Below, one piece after another: positions 25,001-37,000 of a stretch of 61,048 nucleotides of DNA. How positions within the stretch are numbered: the stretch's first letter is position 1; every line of letters begins with the position of its first letter. The notes beneath the pieces are model-generated. The model worked only from the letters and a program-made list of their open reading frames with translations. It did not search any database and was not told the origin of the DNA. The stretch lies in the NCBI GenBank assembly GCA_905178155.1, contig CAJINV010000003.1, positions 5,484,728 through 5,545,775 of the forward strand, written 5' to 3'. Source of the DNA: Amoebophrya sp. A120. Taxonomy: Eukaryota; Protista; Dinoflagellata. The translations under genes and the position numbers were made by a program.

Positions 25001-28000
25001 ATGCACATTTTTTTTGGATGACCCATGATGTCTGTGAAGATGTCAGCATAGATAAAAATTCTTTCAGAGTTTCTTGATGCTTATCGTTATCCCGCAAGAG
25101 GAACAGTGCCGTCTCCGCATAGTAAAAACTGAAGCCCTCATCTTCTTGCTGCTGGAGCTGGTCATGATGCAAGAATATATTTAAAGATTAATTTTGTTAG
25201 AATCACAGCTAAAAATGATCACAGCACGACAAGTTGCAGCATTCTTCCAGACCCAGACAGAATATTTGCACTTTGTACTCCCCAGCGTTGGCGTACGTGT
25301 AGTTGAACGCGGAGAATCGCGAGAGGTACACGTTGGGAGGCGTGTCGTCGGGGGTATCACCGAACTGCACCCACGGCGCGCCGGTCCAGAAGAGCTCCCC
25401 CAGCTCGGTAGAAGACGAGGAGGCGCCCGCCGCGCTCGCGTCGCCCCAAAACACGGTGAAATCGTTGTCGTGGAACGGCTCGAGCCCGTTTTCCAGGTAC
25501 CCGCTGACCCAGTTGGTTGGCACGTTTAGGGGCAGCTGCACGGTGGTGCCAGGCGAGGTTATAACCTGCTCAGGTGTTACAATCTCAATAAACGTTACAA
25601 TAGAATCTGGAATTTGTCTTGCAAGAAGTGCATGATCTACCACCCTACTCCCACAGGATTCCGCATGACAAGTTTTGGAGTCCCAGTCCGCACTACAATC
25701 TGGCGAAATTTGTATTGCAGAAAGTGGAATGCTGTCCGAGTCTGTCGTGTTGATCATGCAAGACAAATCTCAGATTCTATTGTAACGTTTGAGATTGTAA
25801 CGCTTGAGCAGGTCATAGAGGTGATCTCGATTTTCACCCGGAAGGCGTCGTCCTCGGCGCACGCGATCTGGTCGGTCGCCAGCGAACAGACCGCGTCGTC
25901 TATTACAGTAAAAAATGCCCCGACCCCGGAAGTTGCAAACGTTTCTCATGCATAAGGTTTTCAAATGAAGAGCTAGAGCTTTTTATCTATGCATGAAAGC
26001 ACTGCGAGTCTTTCTGATGCAAAATCTAGACTGCGCAAGGTATCTTTTTTTGCATAACAGATCCGCCTGCTGTTGGGCTCCTTTGCAACGCCAATTTGAG
26101 CTATTCAGCATGGAGTAAGAGTCTCTGTGATGCTGATATATGCAAGAAGGCGGGGAATGTTTCCATTGGAAAGATTTGCATATACAAATACTGCCGAGTG
26201 CTGGGCGGGAGGGGGCATTTTTCACTGTAATATCGTCCAGAATGTCCGTCCCCAGCGCGGAGCGAATCGGACGCTGAGACTCGTTCAGGCCCCCGTACCG
26301 GAACCCATATTCGGCGGTGGTCTCGTCGTAGCTCGTGATGGCCACGAAGTCCCTCATCCGCGACCACCAACTGTTCACGTTGGGGGTAGCACAAGAGAGA
26401 CTCCGAAACATGTCCCCGAAGTCGGAGGCGTTGAAGCTGACGTTCCAGTGGGAAACACAGGGCGACGCGGACGTCGCGCCGCTGAACATTTCCGAAAACC
26501 TGAGCCCTTCTTCCACCCGCCACCCGCGGACGTCAGGGTTGGCGCTCGTCGCGTCCTTGAACATGCGGGAGAAGTCGGTTCCGCTGGAAACGTCCCAACG
26601 TTGCGTGTCGGGGTCAGCCAAGGTTGCGCCCTCGAACATGCTCGAGAAATCGGCGCCGCTGGAAACGTCCCAATACTGCGTGTCGGGGTCAGCCGAGGTT
26701 GCGCCCTCGAACATGCGGCTGAAGTTCTTCCCGCGGGACACGTCCCAGTTGCCCACGATGGGGTTGGACTGGTTAGCCCCCAAGAACATCGCTCCGAAAT
26801 CCGTCGCGCTTCCCACCGTCCAGTTCCTGAGGTCCACCACCATCTGCGGCGAGGACGAGCCGGAGCCCCCACTGAGCGCGCTGGACAATTGCCGCCGCCC
26901 GCCTCCGTCCGCGGGCCGTCCCGTGAGGCCCACGCAACCGTCAAACATCCCCGCGAAGCTTGCCACCTTGGCCGTGTCCCAACCGTACACGTTGGGATTC
27001 GCGTTTGCGGCCCCCGCAAAGACGCCCGTCATGTCCTGGACATTGGAAGTGTCCCACGAGGCGACCGCGTCGTCCAAGTTCAGATTTGCCATGCCAGAGA
27101 ACATCCCGGACAGCGATTTCGCCTTGGAGGTGTCCCAGGTCTCCAGACCGACCAGCTCGGTGATCGCCGTGCCGCCTTCGAACATTTTCTCGAAGCTGGT
27201 GATCTGGCTCGTCACCGAGGCGAGCGCAGACAGGTCCAGCGCGCCGGAGAGTTTGGCGTTGCCTTGAAACGCCCCCGCCATGGACCCGGACGCCGCGAAG
27301 CTGGTCGCCAGCTCGGTCAGCACCTCGGGCGTCACCTCTTCGATCTCACTGAGGGGCGGCCGCGGCTGCGTGGCCTTGCTCCGACCCCGCGAGAGCACGG
27401 TGGTTTGCATCGTTTTGTAATTGGTTATTTTGGCCTGGTCACTCTCCGCCAGTTGGGAAATCTCCTCGTCCGTCAAAAATGTCGACCGAAACCGCCCACG
27501 CACGACGACCTGGCGGGTGCTGTCCAACGCACTGGCGTCATACGTGTGCTCCACCGTCAACGGGCTCTGCAGCGGTCGCCAATACTTCAACAGATTTCCG
27601 ACAACGTCCGTCGCCAGTGTGAACAGTTGGACACCGCACACGGAGATTCTTCCCTTTCCGTTCCGGTGATTGGTCCCGAACCTGATCTGATTAGTCGATT
27701 TCCCCTGCAGATCATGAACCGTGCCGGTCCCTGCCGTTTGGCCGTAGTTGATGTTTAAGTTTACGGCTCCGTATCCCACGAGTGTGTACCTCATGTAACT
27801 TATGTCACTACTATAGCCTACCCAAAAGATCATCTTGGTCAGGGAGTACGTCCCCCCCAGATTAAGAAAGAATTTGCCATACTGATAGTCCCTGCTCTGG
27901 TAGCAGGAGGTGACGCTCGCGTGCTCAGACGCGAAGGAAAGCTGCTCTTCCATGTTTGCGTGGTTCGGATCGAAGCGCAACGGGTTATCCTTCCCCAAAT

Positions 28001-31000
28001 GGGCCGCGTAGGACTCTCGATGATAAGTGGTCATCTGCGATAGCGGCAGCTCCACCTCGGGGGCATCGTACAAGGGGACCTCGCGGGTGTCGTCCTCGTC
28101 CCAGAAAAACTGCAGGTTTGGTTCTTCCGTGTCTGCCACCGGGAAGCGGACCGTGCGTTCCTCGCTGGTCGTTCCAGTAGCGGGAAGCTTGAGTAGGGCC
28201 CGGTAGGGGGTGTCGCTGGGACAGTGCAGGTCGCGGCCCGGGCCGTCGATCGCGCCAAACAGGTAGTCCAGGTTCGCACATTCCGTCGACAACCGCCCCG
28301 CACCCTCCGCCCAGCGGTCGACGATCAGACCAGCCCAGGCTTTTGCATCCGGCTCGTCGAAGATGGCTCCCATGGTGCCCCCGCTGGAATACACCTTTTG
28401 CAAGGGCCATCCGGCGAGGTTTGGGGTGGCGCAGGGGGCGCCGCGAAACATGGAATTCATCAAAATCCCGTGCGCTGGCAGGGCATCCATGTTCTGTCCG
28501 GTGATGGAATTCGACCGTGAGAAAACCAGCGCGATCGTCTCGCCGAGCGTGCGCGCCACAGCTTCACGCGCGGCACTGCCGACAGTTGTATTCTCGGGGA
28601 CATACATCATGGACCCAGCCACGCGCCAATCCGTTACGCACGGCGCCAGCTGCTTCGCAAGGTTGAACGCGTGGCGAAAATCGGTCCCCCGGGACACGTC
28701 CCACGCGGTCACATTGGCGCCCCACCTGAGGCTCTCTGCACCACGGAACATGGAGTTAAAAGAGCCCACACCCGAGACATTCCAGTTGTCCACCCCGGGC
28801 TGAACGATATCGAAAGGAGAAACTCCCCCTCCCCATATCAAAGCGAGGCTTCTGATGGTGGACTTCCACACACAAATCAGATTTGTCTTGCAGTTGAGCA
28901 CCGCAGGCATATGCCGAGCCTGAGTCGAGAGGTTTTGACGTAGGCGCCCGCGCCTAGCATGGCGCCAAATGTCTATGCTGTAAGCCCAACAGCATCACAA
29001 ACCGCCTGCATAAAGAGGCGGACTCTCTGGAGTTGCCTCCTTGCAAGACAGACAGGATCTGTCTCTGTGGTCACAAACCTACATATACAAATTTGCAACC
29101 GGATGCGTTTTCAGTACGGGGAGGGGGGATGTTTCCTCACAATAGACGACGCGCAAGATTTCGTTTCCGGCCACGTCCGGGTCTGCGACCAGCCCGGATT
29201 CCCCCAGCATCGTGAGCTTCTTGCAGTCCCGGAACATGCCGGCAAGCGATGCAACGCCAGATACATCCCACGTATGCAGCCCGCGCACACTTGTTAGCTC
29301 CTGACAGCCCCTGAAAACATTTTCCACCTGTCGGAGAGGGGCACAAGAACTTCTAGTACCGGGGCCAGGGACAGAAGCAGAGGCGGCCGCTCCCGCTCCA
29401 CCAAGGAATCCTTGTCCTTGGTGGGTTTTTGCAGCTGAGCGCGGCTCTAAAGGCGGCAAAAAGCCAACGTCTACGGCAGTCAGCTTGGTGGCCCCTGCGA
29501 ACATGCTTCGGAGCGAGTACTGGCATGGCGACGCTGCGAGGCTTGGGAGCGGCGCCGGACCTCCTCCTTGCTGGCTCGCAGTCACGGTTTCGTGGGCAGT
29601 CGACAGCTCTTGCCGAAGACGCGTAAAGGCGGCATCTGTGGCGACAAACGTTTCTAGGTGTTGGCTCCCCCGGAACAGGCCCGGCACCAGCGCGCGGCGA
29701 CTGCGGCCCAGCGCAAGCACTTCTGACCACGGCGAGTTCCGCGCAGAACTGGAGCCGTCCGGGGTGGCAAAGGAGGCACCAAGCCACCCTGCGATTTTAC
29801 CTCGAATCGTCACATGGTACGTCCCGGCGCTCCGAAACACGTGGCGAAGCTGCGGCTTTTCGCATCGTAGAGTGCGGGGGTCAAGCAGAAACCCGTCGTT
29901 GCACTTGCGGCAAGCGTTTGCGCGCCTCTTCAGCGAGACCCGTGCGCACGCCGGGAAAATGGCAGGTTCCCCGTTGGTGCACTGACATTCGCTACCCGCG
30001 TGGTAAATGGTGTATGCTGTACACGCCCCGGCCGGACACGGTAGAATCCTCGCCTTCTCTGGACAGTGCCCGACCGTCGCAGGCGAACCATCGACAATCG
30101 TGGCATGGAAGCTGCTCCCGGCCGCCGGGCAGGAGGTGGAAAGGGTGACGTCCGTGCTGCTTCCGAACGCTGCGGTGTACGATTCTGCATTGGGTTCGGG
30201 CCGACCACTGCTCGGCTCAAGCTCGATCTTTCCCGCAGTCGTCGCTGTACCATCGTGGTTGGCCTTGGAGACGAGCCAACCGTCCGCGGCATCTTCCTGC
30301 AGGGTAGTTGACCAATAGACGTCGCCACTACTTTGCACGAAGCCCCAGGTAACCACGTTACCCTTCGCAGGGAGCACCAGCTCGCGCACACTCAAGCCCG
30401 TCTAACCTGTGGAAAAACGTCCCCGCCTCAGAGTTGTCACGCAAATCTGCTTGCTTAGAATCAATGCTTCTCATGCGGAGCACCATGAGAAGCACTTTCT
30501 ATATTGAAGTTGTGTTTTGTTGTTTGTGATGCTTAAACCGACCGAAATTAGTACAAACGCGCCTTGCATGTTCCCCTTCCGCAGATGGTCGGGCGTCCAA
30601 TGCACGGAGTCAGACGGACCACCAGGGCCATCGTCATCATTCTTTGGGGTTTGTGATCGTGATGCTCGAATCAGCATAATGTTAGTATACATTTGTAATC
30701 CTGCACCTGCTGAAGACAAGTAGGTAAACAGGATTTTTTTGTTATGCGCAACAGGCAAGAAAGCTGAGTGATTTGTCTACTACTTAGCAGCTTGCCCATC
30801 GTGACAGACTCTGGAGTGGGGACGTTTTTGGTCAGGATACCGTCCCCTCCTCAACCATCTCGCCCAGGGCCCGCGCCGAGGCCGCGAACCGAACCTGGTC
30901 GCTCTCCTCCTCGGGCTCGGTGTAGTCCGCTACATCCGACACGAACTCTTGGCCGCCGACGGTGATCCTGCGTTCCGTAGGTGGCGGACCTCCTATGGCG

Positions 31001-34000
31001 CGGTACCGCCGCGCGTAGTCGGCCGAGATGGTCCGCACGTCCTCGACTTCCCAGCCGTATCCGGTGTGGTTCAGCTTTTGCGCGGCACCGGCCGTGTACG
31101 CGGTTTGGTAGTCCACCCGGTCCCGGGGCAGAAGCGCGAGCTTCGCTTCGACGCGGCTGAGGGTGAAGTCCTCTACGAGCTTTTTCCCGGGGTAGTACCC
31201 GATACGGGTGAAGCGGCGCACGGCTCCGCGGTCCAAGCGAAGCGGCCCCGCCGCCTGCGCGGCAGACGACGGGGAAGCCCCGGCCTTGCGGAGCTGCAGG
31301 TGGGAGGATCCAAACAAAGCCGTGGCCCGATCCAAAACCCCAGATACCGTGCCCAAATCGGCGTCCGCAAATGACCACGCGAACGTGTGCCGTTCCGGCT
31401 CGTGGTCCGCCTGTATGCCCCACGTCGTGGTCAGTGCGTTGGCCGCGCCGTCCGTTTCCCGCTGCTTCAGATCGGAATCATCCTTCAACGTCCACCTACC
31501 CGAACTCGTGTGGTCCGTGAAAATTTTCAGGCTCGGCTGCCCAGCGTCATAGCTGTGATCTTGCTCGGACCAGGTCTCCCCCGGTTCGTACCGGAGAAAA
31601 AAGTGGGCGCTCGACCCGACGAAAGATTGGGAAAACGTGCTCTCCCAGTGTACTAAATGGTCGACGTCGTCCGGCACATCGTAGAAAAGAAAATCGCTGC
31701 CCCATTCGCTGGCAGAATGTGCGTACGCAGGATCCGCATCGGCAGCAACGGGCGCTTTGAATGCGTTGCAGACGAAGTTGTGGTCCCGCGAGGCGCCCGC
31801 TTGCTGCTGCGATATGCTTTCTTGGATACCCGCCATGGCATTGCAGAGTCCCCCCGAGTAAGCCGCGTTAGAGACCCATCCCGTGACATCGGTGGCAATC
31901 TTTAGATCACACTGAGACGTGGCGGTCGAGTGCCCATAGCTGGTGCAACGAGTATGAGCCTCGCACCGCCTCCGGCATTCTTCCGGGGTCGCGACGGAAG
32001 AAATTGAAATGTCCTGGGCGCCATCGGTAGTGGCGGTTTCGCCGGTTCTCATTTCGCAATTCTTGCGAGCCTGGACCATCGTCATCGCGTCCGCTTCGGT
32101 CGCGAGAGCTGCCGCCAGCACAACCGAACCGGCCTCCTCTTCAGTCGAACGCTGTGCCGGCAGCACGCGGACCGCGCCTTCTACTATCCAGCAAAAAACA
32201 CCCATCCCCAGATGGGTGCATCATCATCATCATCATCATGTAGTGCACATGACAAAGAAAACTGCCCTTGAACTTGATGCATTTTTTGCATGACAAATTG
32301 GATCATGGGGATGGGTGTTTTTTCCTGGATATCCACGGGCTTGATTCGACTCCGGCTGCTGCGGCCGCGGCCGTCCTCGTGGAGCTCGGGGTCTCCGTAG
32401 GCCCGCGCCGCGGCTTCGGCGAGACTAGGCGGAATGGCACAGGAGGCGCCTTGAAAGCCTTCGTGTCCCGTCGTGCCTTGCGCATTGCTCGCTTGGTCGT
32501 GCAGCTGGGGAGACACGAGCTGGCACGTGTTCGTAGCCGCCTCATGTTGCCAGCCGGTGCAGCTGGGGTGCCGCTCGCATGCCGCTTGGCAATCTGGCGC
32601 CCCGGGCGTCGTCCACGATGCCAAACTGGAGGGCATGTGCGCCGCGTCTCCGTGGTAGGCAAAGGTGGCCACGCTGGGCCCGCAGGTCTTGCGCGCGGCG
32701 GGGTGCGGGTTGCGAGCGGAAACTAACCCCGGACACGGATTGGACCCATCGAACGTATCAAAGGCAAATATGTCTGGGTCTGGAAAGTTGGAATCTGTCA
32801 TGCTAGCTCTACATTTTTCCTGGGAGATCTGTATTGCATAACCAACAAAAGTGGCAGCCATGTTTGTCATGCAAAAACGCAGATTCTCATGCGGACCACC
32901 TATGAGAAAGCTTTCATCTGGAAAGTTGTCATACTGGGCTGCCTTCGACAGTGTTTCCATCATCCACATTGTAGCATCACACGTTTCCAGACCCAGACAT
33001 ATTTGCAATGCATAGAACAGCGGCTGATGCATCTGAGAGAGTGGAATGTAGTTGTGATTCACCTTGAAGTCCGCTACGTAATCCTTCGGGTAGAGAAGTC
33101 GGTCCACGACTTGGAGGCTTGGCTGCGCGGTCCTTTCGGTCGAAGGGACCCGCTCCGCGCGCGCGCGGTGCGTCACTGTGATGCGCACCAAATCTGCGTC
33201 CTCGCGAAGGCCCTTCCTCGCGTCGGGGGTCGCCGTGGCAGTCGTTGCCCAGTTATCCTGGTCCGCGTGCTGGGGCATCCCAGCCTCATCGGCAACAGAC
33301 GGGGGCAGTTGACTCGCGCGCGCGGGCGCGTGTCGGACCGCGTACTTGGCGAGGTGCTGGGTAGAAGATGGGTCGGAATTCGTGGCAGACGTGGCAGCCT
33401 CGACGTGACCAAGCAGAAGGTCGTCTTCATCCTCGTGTGCGATTACAAAGCTGCCGCTCGAGACTGGAACATCATGCTCAAGCCCATCGATGGTGAGTGG
33501 GACCGCCCCATTTTGCAGCTCGCTGGGATGAAGCCGCATCGGCGTCGGAAGGTTGTGCCTCATGACTTCGAACACGTTTCCGTAGGGTGCAGCGCTGATC
33601 GCATCTGCAGATATCGCTGGTGGTCCAGGAGGTGGTCCTATTTCAACCTTGTAACTACCACCTGGGGCGCTCGCACTGCCCGGCCCAGCGTTGTTCGTAA
33701 TCACCCGGTCGGCAAGCGCAAACACGTTGTGCCCCAGGGCGCCCGAGAAGTCACCCGCTAGCTCTGCAACGTTGTGGGTCGCACGTGAGGTGGCATCCAG
33801 CCGGACATCCGGGGACCCGGTGCGGCGCTCCTCCGCCAGGACATCTGCAGACGTGCCCACGCTGGTAAATTCATCGCCCCAATAAACGGTAAACGCGTTG
33901 CTTGGGAGAGAAAAATCGATGGGGAGAGCAACTTCCTGATCGGCAACCGTTGTGGTAACAATCGCACGAAAGGGAGTGTCATACGGACACTGTAGGTCTC

Positions 34001-37000
34001 GTCCAACCCCGCCGTCGCTCGTGGTATCATACAACTCCTCCAGCCCCAAGCAGTCCGATAGCCGCCCGGCATTTCGGGCCCAGTGGTGGGCCCCCACCGT
34101 CTCTGGAGCCGGAGGACGACGAGACAGCTATGGGAGTGCGCAACTCCCCCTTCCCCTCATTTGTAACCCAAAAATGCCAAATCCCGTCTGAGTGGACTAT
34201 AACTTTTGGCTGTGCTTGCATGACAAGCTCTGCGAACCCAAACCGTATATTGCTCCGTTTTTAATGCAGAGACTGCAATTTTGAAGTCGTGGTTTCTGTT
34301 GCTAGATGAAATGCACTCCAGATGAGGGCGAGGAGGAGTTGTGCACTTTCATAACAGCATGCCCAGGTGTATAGTGATTCCATTGCCGTAGCATCCCATG
34401 TAAGAGTGGCCAGCAGCGGGTGTGGCGCCCGGGCTTGCTATATCATCAAACTGCCCTGGCTCGCAAGGGTTCTCTAACCACATCGCCACGTCCGAGATCC
34501 ACGTGCGCTCGTTCACACGGAGGCGCTGAAAACAAAAATTGTTGCTTCCTTCGTACGTTAGAGCGACCGAGGCCACGGCTGCAGTCGGGACTTGCAGTGC
34601 GGTAAAAGTGTGCTGTGCTATGGCGCCGTTAGTAGCAGGCGTCGCCACGCTTCCGCTCGCCTCCTCGCCAGTAGTGGTTTTCACAAGTAGGCCAATGTTC
34701 CCAACGCCGCCAGCAACCGGGTGGCTACAACTGTCCAGCGTCACGGTCACTGGTGTTGCTGCAGGCGCAGTCTGCTCCACTACGTCTTGCGGGCTGCGAA
34801 TCATGAAAGGTAGCGGATAGCGAAAGGGATCGCCAAGGAGCCACAATTCTTCGCCGAGTAGTTCGAGACCTGGGCCTAATCTGATACTCGACAGACAAAG
34901 GGTGTCGGCGTCAGTCTGTGAAAAAGTCAGGTGCAGGAGGTGCGCCCCGCCACCTCTTCGCAACGGCACCGGAGTGGCGAAGTTTTGCTGCTGTACCTCT
35001 CCCGGGGACTGCAGCGTGAAGGTCAGGGTGTGTTCCTCTAAGGTTTCGGCCCGCAGTGTCACCGTGACCGGGTTCGCGCTACCGCTGTCGCTGTTAAACT
35101 CATTGCTACAAGTTTGAAGCACGACCGTCGTCACGAAGTCGACGTACTCTGCCTCGGACCAGTGCTCGTGGTGGGCGTCGCGACCGTGAAGATCGTGGTC
35201 CCGGTCCTGGATTGGGTCGTTGACCTCCTCGAGAAACCGCTGCTGAAACTGCCCGCCCCAGTGGAATACGTTGGGGGTCGCGCACGTCGCTCCATCAAAC
35301 ATGTAGCTGATGTCCAAGCGGTTCCGCGGCTGCGCTGGTTCGTCCCCACCTGTAGTTGATGTTAGTACTTTGGCAATGTTGAGCTTCTGACTCTGGGGCG
35401 CCCGGATTGCGTCGGGTACGGTGAGCGGCACACATCGCTCCAACCGAACGGCTGTGTCCGTCGTGTAACACCAAATTGTTTCCTGGCGGGTCGGATTTCG
35501 GCAGTAGTTGTGGTCTCCCAGGCCCTGCAATCCCGCGTTTATCCAAGAAAAAAACGCCATCGCAATCACATTTAGGAGGCTTTGCATCAGAAATTTGTCT
35601 TGCATGACAAATTTTTCTTGTATTGCAAAAAAACAAAGGGAAAAAATCGCCTATAACTCTATGACTGTGATGCTTTTTTGCGCATGACGAAAATTTTTGT
35701 ACTACTGCAAAAATGTGCAAAAGTGATTGTGATGGTGTTTTTTTCTTGAATAGCGTTGCGATTAGTGGTCGTCGACGCTTCGTGATTGTACTCGCTCAAG
35801 TCGTGTGTGTTCGGAGTTTGTGTCCTCCAGTTCTGGCACGTTTTTCCCGAGATGGTGCGGCTCTGGCAGCCGCGGTAAAACCGGCTTTCGAGGCCCGGGA
35901 GGAGCGTCTCGTCGCAGTTCAGGGAAGTGCCGGCGGGAGGCAACAACTCCCCGCTCACCTGGGTCTCCGTCGCGACAGTCATCGGAGGTACTATTCCGGC
36001 CCCGCGCAGCGACTCGGAGCCCACGTCCCACCACGTGACACAGGGGTTGATGCGCGCGCTATCAAAAGGAAAAATCCCCCCTCCCCATACCGAAAAGGTA
36101 TACTTTCGGAAATTTCTTGCGATGCTGATTTGTGGCCACACATCGCCTCTGTCTTGCAAAAAGGCAAATCCAGAAGGCCTTCCGCATTATACCGGCGGTT
36201 TGTGATGCTGTTGGGCCTACAGCATGGACTTTTGTCATGCTGAGCGCCTAGGCCAAAACCTCTCCCACTCAGGCTTGATGTGGGCCGGCAGTCCTCTACT
36301 GCAAGACAGAGCTGATTTGTGACCACGAATCTGCATCACAGATTTCCGTTTTGATATGAGGAGGGGGGATTTTTCCTTTTGATACGCGCAGCGCTGAAAC
36401 ATCCCCCGCATGTCCTCCACGACGGGGAACCGCCACGCGGTCACGTTCAGCGCGCGGAGCACCACAGCATCGCGGAACATGCCACTGGTGTTACGGCAGG
36501 ACTCGAGGTTCCACGTCTCAATCCCACTCACCGAGGTGAGGCTCGTGCAGCCGTCAAACATCTGCGCTACCGTCTTCACGTTGCCGGTCTCCCAGCGCTC
36601 CAGGCCCCGCACGGTACGCAACTTAGTACAGCCGCGAAACAAGTTAGACAGGTCCGTTACTGCTCCGATACCACTTGAGAGCGGGGCCAGGTCCACCTCG
36701 GTCAGCTCCACGAAGTTCTCGAAAAGTCTATCCTGAGCAAAAACGTCGCCACCCTAGGGCTCTTGCAATGCAAATCTGCATGCCAACAAAGCTTCTCACG
36801 CGGAGCCCCATGAGAAGCTTTTTCCAGTCGTGTTTTGGAACTTGTGATGCCAGAATCAGCGCTATATGCTAGATCTGTGACGCTGCTAAACTAGCTCGAC
36901 AGAATTACACCAAGAGGGCAAACTTGTCATGCGAAACCACCAACGCTGGTTGATTTGTATAGCAGATTTCCCATCTTGACTATGGGGTGCTGGGGACGTT

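Noticed and set aside
26127-27758. Long + strand ORFs (also 21021-22292, 10279-11232, 5861-6697)
   Set aside because: Antisense shadows of GC-rich minus-strand coding sequence, with no domain motifs.
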